64,000 nucleotides of DNA from Dehalococcoidia bacterium (GTDB taxonomy: Bacteria > Chloroflexota > Dehalococcoidia > UBA2979). Shown one piece after another: positions 1 to 9,472 of this stretch. A program made the translations under genes and the position numbers. The first letter of the stretch is position 1. Each line of letters opens with the position of its first letter. Under the pieces are notes generated by a model. That model searched no databases and was not told the DNA's origin. It worked only from the letters and a program-made list of their open reading frames with translations. The stretch spans positions 3,146,885 through 3,210,884 of the forward strand of contig OZ244720.1 in the NCBI GenBank assembly GCA_965219085.1, given 5' to 3'.

Positions 1-1256
1 CGCCGTCCGGCGACCGCCGTCCGGCGCACCGCCGGGCCGCGGGGAACCTGCCGCTCAGCGGCGTGCGCGTCACGGACTTCGGGTGGATCCTCTCCGTCCC
101 GCACTCGACGGCCTGGCTGGGCGCCCTCGGTGCCGAGGTCATCCGCATCGAGTCCGAACAACGCCTCGATCTGCTGCGCACGATGGGCATGACCCGCGGC
201 ACCGGCGGCATCCCCGGCATCGAGCGCTCAGGCCCGTTCAACGGGCTCAACTACTCGAAGCGCGGCGTGACGCTGAACATCCGGACAGACCGCGGGAAGG
301 AACTCGCGAAGGAGCTCGTGAGCCGCAGCGACATCGTCACGATGAACTTCGCCGCCGGGGTGGGCGATCGCCTCGGCCTCGGTTACGAGGACCTCAAGGC
401 CGTCAAGCCGGACATCATCATGATGTCGGGCTCGCCCCTCGGTCAGACCGGCCCGGAAGCCCACTCGACCGGCTGGGGTCCGACGACGCTCGCGTACACC
501 ATGCTGCCCCACATCACCGGCTACCCCGGTGGGACGCCGAGCTCGATGGGCGGCTCGTACCCGGACTTCATGGTCGGCGTGCACATGGCGCTCGCAATGA
601 TGAGCGCGCTGCGCTACCGCGACCGGAGTGGCCACGGCCAGCACATCGACGTTGCGATGGGCGAGTCAGTCGTGGCGATGACGCCCGAACCGCTCCTCGA
701 GTGGACGATGCTCGGCGTCGACCCGCAGATGCGCGGCAACCGGGACCCCGCCCGCGCGCCCCAGGGCGTCTATCCCTCGGCCGGCGACGACCGCTGGGTT
801 GCCGTGTCCGTCGAGGACGAGGCGATGTGGGCAGGCTTGCGCGAGGTCCTCGGCGACCCCGCCTGGGCGCGGGAACCCGAGCTCGACACCCTCCAGGGCA
901 GGCAGGCGCGCCACGATGACATCGACCGCGAGTTGAGCGCGTGGACGGCCACGCGCACGTCGCATGAGGCCGCCACGCTGCTCCAGCGCGCGGGCGTAGC
1001 CGCGGCGCCCGTGCTCGCCGGGCCGGAACTGGTCGAGGATCCGCAGTTGCGTCATCGGGGCTTCTTCGTGGACATCGACCACCCCGAGGTGGGCGTGAAG
1101 GCCTCAGCCGGCATCCCGCTTCGGTTCAGCGAGACGCAGCTCCACTACAGTTCGGCGCCGATGCTCGGTCAGCACAACCGCGAGGTGTTCACGGACCTCG
1201 TCGGCATGGAACCGGAGGAGTTCGATCGGCTCATCCGGGACTCCGTCATCGTCTAG
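1..1256 (+). CDS. Family III CoA-transferase (CaiB/BaiF-like), 5'-partial. This is the second domain of a fused double-domain paralog cut by the window edge
   Basis: ORF 63..1256 reads MRVTDFGWILSVPHSTAWLGALGAEVIRIESEQRLDLL with the GxxGP-type CoA-transferase N-terminus. Bases 3-62 encode the same Pro/Arg linker (PSGDRRPAHRRAAGNLPLSGVRV) found at 2520-2585 of the next gene, so the frame is open to position 1. About 85% protein identity to domain 2 of the 1340..3772 gene. Confidence 0.8.
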   Translation, partial: PSGDRRPAHRRAAGNLPLSGVRVTDFGWILSVPHSTAWLGALGAEVIRIESEQRLDLLRTMGMTRGTGGIPGIERSGPFNGLNYSKRGVTLNIRTDRGKELAKELVSRSDIVTMNFAAGVGDRLGLGYEDLKAVKPDIIMMSGSPLGQTGPEAHSTGWGPTTLAYTMLPHITGYPGGTPSSMGGSYPDFMVGVHMALAMMSALRYRDRSGHGQHIDVAMGESVVAMTPEPLLEWTMLGVDPQMRGNRDPARAPQGVYPSAGDDRWVAVSVEDEAMWAGLREVLGDPAWAREPELDTLQGRQARHDDIDRELSAWTATRTSHEAATLLQRAGVAAAPVLAGPELVEDPQLRHRGFFVDIDHPEVGVKASAGIPLRFSETQLHYSSAPMLGQHNREVFTDLVGMEPEEFDRLIRDSVIV

Positions 1257-1339
1257 CTGCCATACCTGCAGGGGCCTCCGCCGCCCACATACGCGCGCAT
1301 CCTCTATAACGGGAGGAGCAAACACGGCGGGAGGAACCC

Positions 1340-3772
1340 GTGCCTGACACCGCGTTGGACGATCTCCGCATCATCGAACTCGCCGAGGGGGTGGCCGGCC
1401 CCTACTGCGGCAAGCTCTTCGCCGACCTCGGCGCCGACGTCATCAAGGTCGAACCGCCCGAGGGCGACCGCGCGCGCCGCGCCGGTCCGTTCAGGGACGG
1501 TGAGCCGAACCCCGAGGGCAGCGGCGTCTTCCTCTACCTCAACACCAACAAGCGCGGCGTCACCGCCGACATCGCCACCGACGAGGGCCGCGAGGCGGTG
1601 CTCGCCCTCCTCGCCGGCGCCGACGTGCTCGTCACCGACATGTACGAGGACGACCTGCGTGCGCTCGGCCTCGACTACGCCGACCTGCGCGAGCGCTTCC
1701 CCGCGCTTGTCTTCACCTCGCTCACGCCGTACGGGCGCGGCGGGCCGCATGGGTCGTACCGGGGCAACGCGTTCACCGTGTACCACTCCAGCGGGCTCGG
1801 CTGGGAGACGCCGCCGCAGCAGGTGAGCGACCCGGCTAACCAGCCGCCACTCGCACCCGGCAACCCACAGGCCGACTACTTCACCGGTATCACGGGCGCC
1901 GCGGCGACGATGGGTGCGCTGTTCCAGCGCGAGTCGAGCGGCCGCGGCCAGCTCGTCGACATCTCCGGGCAGGAGGCGAACGCCAACCACGTGCGCCTGA
2001 CGATCTCCTCGGTCGTCCACACGCCCGACCTCGTCCCCGGGCGCGAGAAGGGCAACTTCGACTTCCTCGTGCCGGCCAGTGACGGTTATGTCTTCCTCAC
2101 TCCGTACAACCTCGACCACTGGTGGGTGCGATTCCAGCACCTCATGGGCGACCCCGACTGGGCGGCGAGCGACGCCTTCCTCACCGCCGAGGACCGAGGG
2201 CTCAACTGCGACGCCATCGAGCCGCTGGTGCACTTGTGGTCGGTGCAGTACACGCGCGCCGAGCTGTACCAGATGGCGCTCGACATCAGCATCCCGTGCT
2301 TCCCCGTCTACTCCCCCGCCGAGATGATGGAGTCCGCGCAGTTCAAGGACCGAGGGTTCCTCGAGTCCGTCGAACACCCCGAGGCCGGGTCGTACACGCG
2401 TCCGGGACCGGCCGCCGTGCTCTCCCGCACTCCCTCGAGCCAGGACGGGCCCGCGCCGCGCCTGGGCGAGCACAACGCCGAGTTGCTCTCGCAGCCAGCA
2501 GTGGAGGCCCCGCCAGCCCCGTCCGGCGACCGCCGTCCCGCACACCGCAGGGCGGCCGGCAACCTACCGCTGAGCGGCGTGCGCGTGGCCGACTTCGGGT
2601 GGATCCTCTCCGCCCCGCACTCGACGGCCTGGCTGGGCGCCCTCGGCGCCGAGGTCATCCGAGTCGAGTCCGAGCAGCGCCTCGACCTGCTGCGCACGAT
2701 GGGCCTCACGCGCGGTACCGGCGGCATCCCCGGCCTCGAGCGTTCCGGTTCATTCAACGGGCTCAACTACTCGAAGCACGGCGTGACGCTCAACCTGCAC
2801 TCGGAGCGCGGCAAGGAGCTCGCGAAGGAGCTGGTCAGCCGCAGCGATATCGTCACCGCGAACTTCGCGGCCGGGGTCATCGAGCGCCTCGGCCTGGGCT
2901 ACGAGGACCTCAAGGCGGTGAAGCCGGACATCATCATGATGTCGGGCTCGCCGCTCGGGCAGACCGGCCCCGAGAGCCACTCGACGGGCTGGGGTCCGAC
3001 GACGCTCGCGTACACCACCCTGCCCTACGTCACCGGCTACCGCGGCGGCACGCCCAGCTCGATGGGCGGCGCCTACCCCGACTTCGCCATCGGCGTGCAG
3101 ATGGCCTTCTCGATGATGACGGCGCTGCGCTACCGCGACCGCACCGGCCACGGCCAGCACGTCGACGTCGCGATGGGCGAGACGGTCGTCGCGATGACGC
3201 CCGAGCCGCTCCTCGAATGGACGATGGCCGGCATCGACCCGCAGATGCGCGGCAACCGCGACCCGGACTGCGCGCCGCAGGGCGTGTACCCGTCGGCGGG
3301 CGAGGACGCATGGGTGGCGATCTCCGTCGAGGACGACGACGGCTGGTCACGACTGCGGAGCGCCCTCGGTGATCCGCAGTGGGCGCAGGACCCTGGATTC
3401 GCCACACTCGAAGGCCGCCAGGCGCGACACGACGACATCGACCGCGAGTTGAGCGCGTGGACGGCCGGCCGCACCGCGGACGAGGCGACCGAGCTGCTCC
3501 AGCAGGCCGGGATCGCGTCGACGCCGGTGCTCAACGGCCCGGCGCTGGTCGACGACCCGCAGTTGCGGCACCGCGGCTTCCTCGTCGATATCGACCACCC
3601 CGAGGTGGGCGTGAAGGCGTCGGCCGGTATCCCCCTGCGCTACAGCGAGACGCAGCTCCACTATGGCTCGGCGCCGCTGCTCGGCGAGCACAACCGCGAG
3701 GTGTTCACGGGCCTCGTCGGCGTCGAGCCCGAGGAGTTCGAGCAACTCATCCGGGACTCGGTTATCGTCTGA
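1340..3772 (+). CDS. Fused tandem family III CoA-transferase (two CaiB/BaiF domains in one 810-aa chain)
   Basis: GTG start preceded by GGGAGGA. The N-terminal domain has IIELAEGVAGPYCGKLFADLGADVIKVEPPEGD. A second complete domain starts near 2575 (VRVADFGWILSAPHSTAWLGALGAEVIRVE). Both halves end in the conserved GxHN...EEF motif. Confidence 0.8.
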   Translation: MPDTALDDLRIIELAEGVAGPYCGKLFADLGADVIKVEPPEGDRARRAGPFRDGEPNPEGSGVFLYLNTNKRGVTADIATDEGREAVLALLAGADVLVTDMYEDDLRALGLDYADLRERFPALVFTSLTPYGRGGPHGSYRGNAFTVYHSSGLGWETPPQQVSDPANQPPLAPGNPQADYFTGITGAAATMGALFQRESSGRGQLVDISGQEANANHVRLTISSVVHTPDLVPGREKGNFDFLVPASDGYVFLTPYNLDHWWVRFQHLMGDPDWAASDAFLTAEDRGLNCDAIEPLVHLWSVQYTRAELYQMALDISIPCFPVYSPAEMMESAQFKDRGFLESVEHPEAGSYTRPGPAAVLSRTPSSQDGPAPRLGEHNAELLSQPAVEAPPAPSGDRRPAHRRAAGNLPLSGVRVADFGWILSAPHSTAWLGALGAEVIRVESEQRLDLLRTMGLTRGTGGIPGLERSGSFNGLNYSKHGVTLNLHSERGKELAKELVSRSDIVTANFAAGVIERLGLGYEDLKAVKPDIIMMSGSPLGQTGPESHSTGWGPTTLAYTTLPYVTGYRGGTPSSMGGAYPDFAIGVQMAFSMMTALRYRDRTGHGQHVDVAMGETVVAMTPEPLLEWTMAGIDPQMRGNRDPDCAPQGVYPSAGEDAWVAISVEDDDGWSRLRSALGDPQWAQDPGFATLEGRQARHDDIDRELSAWTAGRTADEATELLQQAGIASTPVLNGPALVDDPQLRHRGFLVDIDHPEVGVKASAGIPLRYSETQLHYGSAPLLGEHNREVFTGLVGVEPEEFEQLIRDSVIV

Positions 3773-3911
3773 CGGACCCGCCGCCCGGCGGGCGCAATCA
3801 GGTTCGAGCGCGGCAGCCCGCGGCTGTTACGTGTGCACGGGATCGGCAGCCGGGGGCTGCCTGAAGGCCTGCGAGGAATCCTCGCGTCCCAGAAAGGGAG
3901 TCGGGAACGGT

Positions 3912-4769
3912 ATGGAGTACCACCACATCCTCGTCGATCGGGAAGACGGCGTCGTCACGATCACGATGAACCAGCCGCAGCACCTCAACCCGTGGCTGAT
4001 CCCGATGATGGAAGAGATGATGGTCGAAATCGACCTCGTCGCGGTGAACCCGGACGACAAGGTGCTGGTCTTCACCGGCGCGGGTACCGCCTTCTCCGCC
4101 GGCGGCGACGTCCACTCGATGGGCGGCATCGACCACGCCGACCCGCACTTCATGAAGTGGCTGCCCGACCACAAGCGCGGCTTCCTGACGTACCCGACGA
4201 TGACCGCCGAGGAGCGGATGGAGAATAAGACGTTCAGCGGGACGCCGATTCACAAGAAGGTGTTCAACCTCGACAAGCCGACGATCGCGGCCGTCAACGG
4301 CGTCGCCGCCGGCGCCGGCGCGGACCTCGCGCTGACGTGCGACCTGCGCATCGCCTCGGATACCGCGCGCTTCATCGAGGTCTACATCAGGCGCGCGTTC
4401 ATCCCCCTCGACGGCGGCGCCTTCTGGGCCCCGTACCACCTGCCGCACGCCAAGGCGATGGAGATGCTGCTGACCGGCGACGCGATGAGCGCCGAGGAGG
4501 CGAAGCACTTCGGCCTCGTCAACGACGTGGTGCCGCCCGACGAGCTGATGCCTCGCACGATGGAGCTGGCGAAGCGTCTCGCTCGAGGCCCGTCGTTGGC
4601 CATCCAGTTGACGAAGCACATGGTGCGCGAGATCCACATGCGCAAGGGCTACGAGCAGATGTGGGACCTCGCGGCGCAGGCGGGACCTCAAGCGATGCAG
4701 AGTGCGGACGCGGACGAGGGCGTGCAGTCGTTCCTGGAGAAGCGCCGGCCGGAGTTCAAGGGGTTCTAG
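3912..4769 (+). CDS. Enoyl-CoA hydratase/isomerase (crotonase family)
   Basis: ATG at 3912 after AAAGGGAG. Crotonase hallmarks: VVTITMNQPQHLNPW, FTGAGTAFSAGGDV, and an oxyanion-hole region. Confidence 0.8.
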   Translation: MEYHHILVDREDGVVTITMNQPQHLNPWLIPMMEEMMVEIDLVAVNPDDKVLVFTGAGTAFSAGGDVHSMGGIDHADPHFMKWLPDHKRGFLTYPTMTAEERMENKTFSGTPIHKKVFNLDKPTIAAVNGVAAGAGADLALTCDLRIASDTARFIEVYIRRAFIPLDGGAFWAPYHLPHAKAMEMLLTGDAMSAEEAKHFGLVNDVVPPDELMPRTMELAKRLARGPSLAIQLTKHMVREIHMRKGYEQMWDLAAQAGPQAMQSADADEGVQSFLEKRRPEFKGF

Positions 4770-4788
4770 CGAGCGAAGCTCCGGGGAG

Positions 4789-5259
4789 TCAGAGCCTCGG
4801 CGCGGCTCCGTTACCACCCTCGGTGGCGAGCACGGCGTCGCGCCAATTGTCGATGTCGGCGGGGTCCAGGCGAATCACGCCCGGGATACCGTCGAACTCC
4901 CGGTCGGCGGAAACGACTCGTTCTACACGCAGGCGTCGCATCACCGCGACGTGGATCAGGTCACGGGCGCTCGCCCGGATGGCGCGGTCCGCCAGCTCAA
5001 TCGCGACGCCGACATCCTCCGCGTAGACCGGCTCTGTCCTGCCCCGCATCAGCGCGACGAAGCGCTCAAGCGTATAGCGGCCGGCGGGCCACCGCCTCGG
5101 TGTGCTGAAGCGGTGCAAGAGCTCCTGTAACACCTCGACGTTCGTGACGAAGTTTCCTGGGTGGCCCGAAGCCAGGTCGAGCACTTCGATGCACGGTCGC
5201 TTCTGTGGATGCGCACCGCCCGCCGCGTAGATCGGGACGTTGGTGTCAAGGAAGGCCAT
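4789..5259 (-). CDS. vapC: PIN-domain toxin VapC
   Basis: MAFLDTNVPIYAAGG N-terminus, plus the later acidic PIN residues (DLIHVAV, SADREFD). Start overlaps the upstream antitoxin stop by 14 nt. An alternative start lies at 5268. Confidence 0.75.
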   Translation of the reverse strand: MAFLDTNVPIYAAGGAHPQKRPCIEVLDLASGHPGNFVTNVEVLQELLHRFSTPRRWPAGRYTLERFVALMRGRTEPVYAEDVGVAIELADRAIRASARDLIHVAVMRRLRVERVVSADREFDGIPGVIRLDPADIDNWRDAVLATEGGNGAAPRL

Positions 5260-5497
5260 CGGACTCATACCGCGACTCCAACTCCCGAAAGAGGTCCTGC
5301 GGATCGTCTGGGACATCCATCTCCATCGCGGCGATCTCGCGCACGAGCTGGCGGCGCCGCTCACGCATGACGGCTTCCCATGCATCGTCGATCAGGCGGC
5401 GGACGACCTCGGAAATCGTGGCGTCCTGCTCCTCCGCGATATCGTCGAGCCGTTGGCGCTGCTCGTCGTCCAACCGGACTTCGACTCGCGAGACCAT
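5246..5497 (-). CDS. vapB: Ribbon-helix-helix antitoxin (VapB/CopG-like) paired with VapC
   Basis: 83-aa product MVSRVEVRLDDEQRQRLDDIAEEQDATISEVVRRLIDDAWE, typical of a RHH DNA-binding antitoxin. Overlaps the toxin start, the classic type II TA layout. Confidence 0.65.
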   Translation of the reverse strand: MVSRVEVRLDDEQRQRLDDIAEEQDATISEVVRRLIDDAWEAVMRERRRQLVREIAAMEMDVPDDPQDLFRELESRYESDGLP

Positions 5498-5638
5498 GGT
5501 GCCCTCCCGTCCGGCTTCTCCTGTACGGTACAGAGTGTACGGCAGAACACGTACGGCACGCACGCACCGGGGCCGCTCACCTCGCGATCTGCGATACTCC
5601 CCGCTGGCCCACGCGCACGACGGCAAGCGGAGGACACC

Positions 5639-6637
5639 ATGCAGGCGTACCAGCTCACCCCCGGCGGCGGCATCGACGGCATCACGCAGGTCGGGTTGCC
5701 CGATCCCGAGCCCGCCGCCGACGAGGTGGTGATCCGCGTCCGCGCCACCTCGCTCAACTACCGCGACCTCATGCTCGCGAGCGGTACCCGCGAGCCGATC
5801 ATCCCGCTCTCCGACGGCGCCGGCGAGGTCGTCGCCGTGGGCGACGAGGTCACCCGCTTCGCCGCCGGCGACCGCGTCACGAGCTGCTTCTTCCTCGACT
5901 GGGTCGACGGCGCCGGCACGCCCGCGAACACGCGCCGCGCACTCGGCGGTGGCGACACCAACGGCACGCTCGCCGAACTGATAGCGCTGCCTGAGCGCGC
6001 GGTCGTCGCTACGCCCGCGCACATGACCGACGAGGAGGCCTCGACGCTGCCATGCGCCGCGCTCACGGCGTGGTGCTCGATGTTCCCAGTCGCCGGGCTG
6101 CAGCCTGGGGCAAGCGTGCTGCTGCTCGGCACCGGCGGCGTCTCCATCGCCGGGCTACAGCTCGCCGCGGTCGCCGGGGTGCGCAGCTTCATTACCTCGA
6201 GTAGCGACGAGAAGCTGGCGCGCGCCCGCGAGCACGGCGCGGACCACACCATCAACTACGTCGACGATGACAACTGGGGCCGCACCGTCCGCGAACTCAC
6301 GGACGGCCGAGGCGTCGACCTCACGCTCGAGGTCGGCGGCGAGGGCACGTTCGCGAAGTCGATGACCGCGACGCGCTTCGGTGGGGACATCGCGCTCATC
6401 GGCGGGCTCGCCCGCGAGGAGTCGGACGACACGCAGGTGCCCCTCGTCGGCCGCGGGCTGCGTGCGACACGTATCTACGTCGGCAGCCGCGCGATGTTCG
6501 AGGCGATGAACCGCGCGCTGGAGCTGCGCGAGGTGCACCCCGTCGTCGATCGCGTGTTCGAGTTCGGCGAGGCGCGCGAGGCGTACCGCTACCTCGAATC
6601 GCAGGCGCACTTCGGCAAGGTCGTCATCCGGGTGTAG
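5639..6637 (+). CDS. MDR-superfamily NAD(P)H quinone oxidoreductase / zinc-type alcohol dehydrogenase-like
   Basis: ATG at 5639 after GGAGGA. Contains IRVRATSLNYRDL, a GxGxxG Rossmann region (LLLGTGGVSIAGLQLA) and a C-terminal HFGKVVI motif. Confidence 0.75.
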   Translation: MQAYQLTPGGGIDGITQVGLPDPEPAADEVVIRVRATSLNYRDLMLASGTREPIIPLSDGAGEVVAVGDEVTRFAAGDRVTSCFFLDWVDGAGTPANTRRALGGGDTNGTLAELIALPERAVVATPAHMTDEEASTLPCAALTAWCSMFPVAGLQPGASVLLLGTGGVSIAGLQLAAVAGVRSFITSSSDEKLARAREHGADHTINYVDDDNWGRTVRELTDGRGVDLTLEVGGEGTFAKSMTATRFGGDIALIGGLAREESDDTQVPLVGRGLRATRIYVGSRAMFEAMNRALELREVHPVVDRVFEFGEAREAYRYLESQAHFGKVVIRV

Positions 6638-6727
6638 CGACGCTCCGTACGGCTGACCGCGCCCGCCCGAGACGAGCATTGGGCCGCCCTCGAAGGGCGG
6701 CCCAATTCGCTGGGTTGCCGGGATGCG

Positions 6728-7939
6728 CTACCCGCGAGGCAGCCCCAGCCCGCGCGTCGCGATGATGTTGCGCTGGATCTCCGAGGACCCCCCGCCGATC
6801 GTCGAGGGGATCGAGCGGACGTAGCCGCGGATGTGCTTGCCGTTCAGCGGCGCCCTCGGGTCGCCCGGCCACAGGTCGCCGTACAGCCCGAACGTGCGGA
6901 TGCCGACGCGGTACAGCTCCTGGCCGTGCTCAGTCGAGAACATCTTGCCGATCGACGCCTCGTAGTTCGGCACCATGCCCGCAGCCTGCATCGACGCGAT
7001 GCGCATCGAGAGCTGGTAGCAGACCTCGATCGCGACTGCGCGGTCGACGAGCCGGTCGCGCAGCGCGGGGTTCCGTGCGAGCGTCGAGCGGTCGTCGTTG
7101 CGAGCCGCCTCGAGCAACTCGTTGAGGTCCTGGAGTTGCGTGACTGCGCCGGAGATGCCGGAGCGCTCGTAGTCGAGCAGCGTCATGCCGACATACCAGC
7201 CACGGTCGACCTCGCCGAGCACGTTGGCCGCGGGGACGCGCACGTCCTCGAAGAACGTCTCGTTGACGTGGTGGCCCCACGCCATGTCGATCAGCGGGCG
7301 CACGGTCAGGCCCGGCGTCTTGATGTCGTCGATGAGCAGGAACGAGATGCCGCGGTGCTTCGGCGCGTCCGGGTTGGTGCGCACGAGCGCGAAGATGGCC
7401 GTGGCCTGGTGCGCCGACGACGTCCAGATCTTCTGCCCGTTCACCACGAACTCGTCGCCGTCGCGCGTCGCGCGCGTCTGCAGCGAGCCGAGATCGGACC
7501 CGGCGCCCGGCTCCGAGTAGCCCTGCGTCCAGCGGGTCTCGCCGGAGAGGATGGCCGGCAGGTACTTCTGCTTCTGCTCGTCGGTGCCATGCACCAGCAG
7601 CGTCGGGCCGAGCAGCATCACGCCGCTGCCGCCGACGGGCGGGGCCATGGCCCTTGCCATCTCCTCGTTGAAGATGAACTGCTCCATCGCGGTCAGGCCC
7701 GCGCCGCCGTACTCCGACGGCCAGTGCGGCGCCACCCATCCGCGCTCGGAGAGGGCGTTCGCCCACTCGCGCGCGGCGTCGCGGACCTCGGCGCTGTCGT
7801 TGTGCAGGTCCTCGTACCACGTGTACATGCCGACGTCGTGCCGTGGTATGTCGGTGAGCGTCCTGGGGAGCCGGGCCCGGATGAAGGTGGCGACGTCCTC
7901 GCGGAAAGTCGCTTGCTCGGCGTTGTCGCTCCAGTCCAT
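6728..7939 (-). CDS. Acyl-CoA dehydrogenase
   Basis: MDWSDNAEQATFREDV start. ACAD motifs YSEPGAGSDL, and a C-terminal GGSSEIQRNIIATRGLGLPRG. Paralog of the gene at 60750..61979. Confidence 0.8.
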   Translation of the reverse strand: MDWSDNAEQATFREDVATFIRARLPRTLTDIPRHDVGMYTWYEDLHNDSAEVRDAAREWANALSERGWVAPHWPSEYGGAGLTAMEQFIFNEEMARAMAPPVGGSGVMLLGPTLLVHGTDEQKQKYLPAILSGETRWTQGYSEPGAGSDLGSLQTRATRDGDEFVVNGQKIWTSSAHQATAIFALVRTNPDAPKHRGISFLLIDDIKTPGLTVRPLIDMAWGHHVNETFFEDVRVPAANVLGEVDRGWYVGMTLLDYERSGISGAVTQLQDLNELLEAARNDDRSTLARNPALRDRLVDRAVAIEVCYQLSMRIASMQAAGMVPNYEASIGKMFSTEHGQELYRVGIRTFGLYGDLWPGDPRAPLNGKHIRGYVRSIPSTIGGGSSEIQRNIIATRGLGLPRG

Positions 7940-8019
7940 AGTGTGCCTCCATTCGCAGCCGGCGCGCTCGCGCCGTGCCGCGACTATACCCAAACGTGGT
8001 CGATCGCGGCGTCCGGCGC

Positions 8020-8547
8020 CTATCCGCCGAGGCGATCCGCGAACTCGGCGGCGGTGAGCACCGTCGCCTGCCGCGGGAACACCTTCTCGGTGAGCACGCG
8101 GTGCACTTCCTCGTCGCCGTCGTCGCAGCCGTCTTTCACGACGACGATTTGGTAGCTGATGTCGGCGCCCCAGCGCAGCGTCGAGAGCACGCAGCCGCTG
8201 GTGGCGACGCCCATCAGCACGAGGGTGTCGCGACCGTCCTCGCGCAGGATCGCGTCGAGGCCCGTCGTCGAGAACGAGCCGGCGCGCACCTTGCGGATGA
8301 TCTGCTCACCCTCGACCGGCGCGACGCCGGGGTGGATCTCCACGTCGGGCGAATCGGCCTCGAACTGCGCGCCGCGGTGCACGATGTAGAAGACGGGTAT
8401 GCCCGCCCCTCGCGCCGCCGCGAGCGCCGACGCTGCGCGTTCGACGACCCCTTCGGGGTCGCTGGCGTAGGGCCCGACGATCCCGACCTGGAAGTCCATG
8501 ATCACGACTGCCGTACGTCCGGGGTCGATCGTCGCTTCCTGTGTCAC
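8020..8547 (-). CDS. Isochorismatase-family cysteine hydrolase
   Basis: GTG start (VTQEATIDPGRTAVVIMDFQ) preceded by GGAGGAGG. Has the catalytic-region motifs MDFQ and VATSGCVLST. Confidence 0.7.
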   Translation of the reverse strand: MTQEATIDPGRTAVVIMDFQVGIVGPYASDPEGVVERAASALAAARGAGIPVFYIVHRGAQFEADSPDVEIHPGVAPVEGEQIIRKVRAGSFSTTGLDAILREDGRDTLVLMGVATSGCVLSTLRWGADISYQIVVVKDGCDDGDEEVHRVLTEKVFPRQATVLTAAEFADRLGG

Positions 8548-8594
8548 GTTGTCCTGCCTCCTCCGTTGCCGCCCTGAGCGCGCACATTGCGCGC

Positions 8595-9308
8595 TCACCA
8601 GGCGAGCGTGCCTCCGTCTACCGTGCGGAACGTGCCGGCATCGTCGGGCCCCGCGCCCAGCACGAGGTCGGCGAGCCGGCGCGCCGACTCCTCGGGCGTC
8701 AGCGGCGCCGCCGAGCCGCCCATCGAGGTCGAAACCCAGCCCGGGCTCGCCGAGAACGCGACGATGCCGTCGCGCCGCACCGTCGCCGCGAGCTGCTTTG
8801 TGAGCGCGTTCTGGAGCGCCTTCGCCGGCGCGTAGTACGTCGACCCCGCGTTCATGTCGGCGATGCTGCCGAGGCTGGACGAGATGCTCACGGCGACCGC
8901 ACCACGCCCCATCAGCGGCAATAGCGCCCGCGTCACGCGCAGCATCCCGACGCCGTGCACCTGCAACTGGTACTCGAGGTCCTCGATCGGGGCGGTCACG
9001 ATCGAAGGGCCGTCCGCGGAACCGATGCCGGCGTTGTTCACGAGCAGGTCGACGCGGTCGAGGTGCTCCGTGCACCAGCGCCCGAACGCCGCGACCGATG
9101 CGTCCGAGGTCACCTCGACCTGGGCCGCGAGCACGTCGGGGTCCGCGTCCGCCGCTTCGAGGAGTGCGCGGGCGGTGGCGGGGTCGCGGTACGTGCCGGC
9201 GACGGGCGCACAGCCGCGGGCGCGCAACTCGTGCACGAGCGCGAGTCCGATGCCGTCGGCGCGGTTCGCGCCGGTCACGACGGCTGTGCGCGGCGCGTGT
9301 GCGGTCAT
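8595..9308 (-). CDS. Short-chain dehydrogenase/reductase (SDR)
   Basis: TAVVTGANRADGIG (TGxxxGxG), NNAG, and a YxxxK region (YYAPAKALQ). Confidence 0.8.
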   Translation of the reverse strand: MTAHAPRTAVVTGANRADGIGLALVHELRARGCAPVAGTYRDPATARALLEAADADPDVLAAQVEVTSDASVAAFGRWCTEHLDRVDLLVNNAGIGSADGPSIVTAPIEDLEYQLQVHGVGMLRVTRALLPLMGRGAVAVSISSSLGSIADMNAGSTYYAPAKALQNALTKQLAATVRRDGIVAFSASPGWVSTSMGGSAAPLTPEESARRLADLVLGAGPDDAGTFRTVDGGTLAW

Positions 9309-9472
9309 CGGCGCCTCCGCGGGCAGTCTAGCGCGGACCGGCGCGCGGGGTCAGCGGCGTGGTGGCCCCGGTGCGTGGTACGTTGCCGCCGCCAGCCTGT
9401 CTGGCACTCCCGCCCTGGTGTGCGCCGAGGCCGCCGGCCGGGACACGGCGGCTGCTTTGAACGGAGGACGAG

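Noticed and set aside
83-919. Long Arg/Pro/Gly-rich ORFs in alternative frames and on the opposite strand of almost every real gene (for example 83..919, 2122..3372, 8854..10167, 10900..12636, 25692..27347 tail, 42300..44072)
   Set aside because: Typical high-GC frame artefacts: low-complexity RPGA-rich translations, no start context, and each overlaps a gene with clear family motifs in another frame
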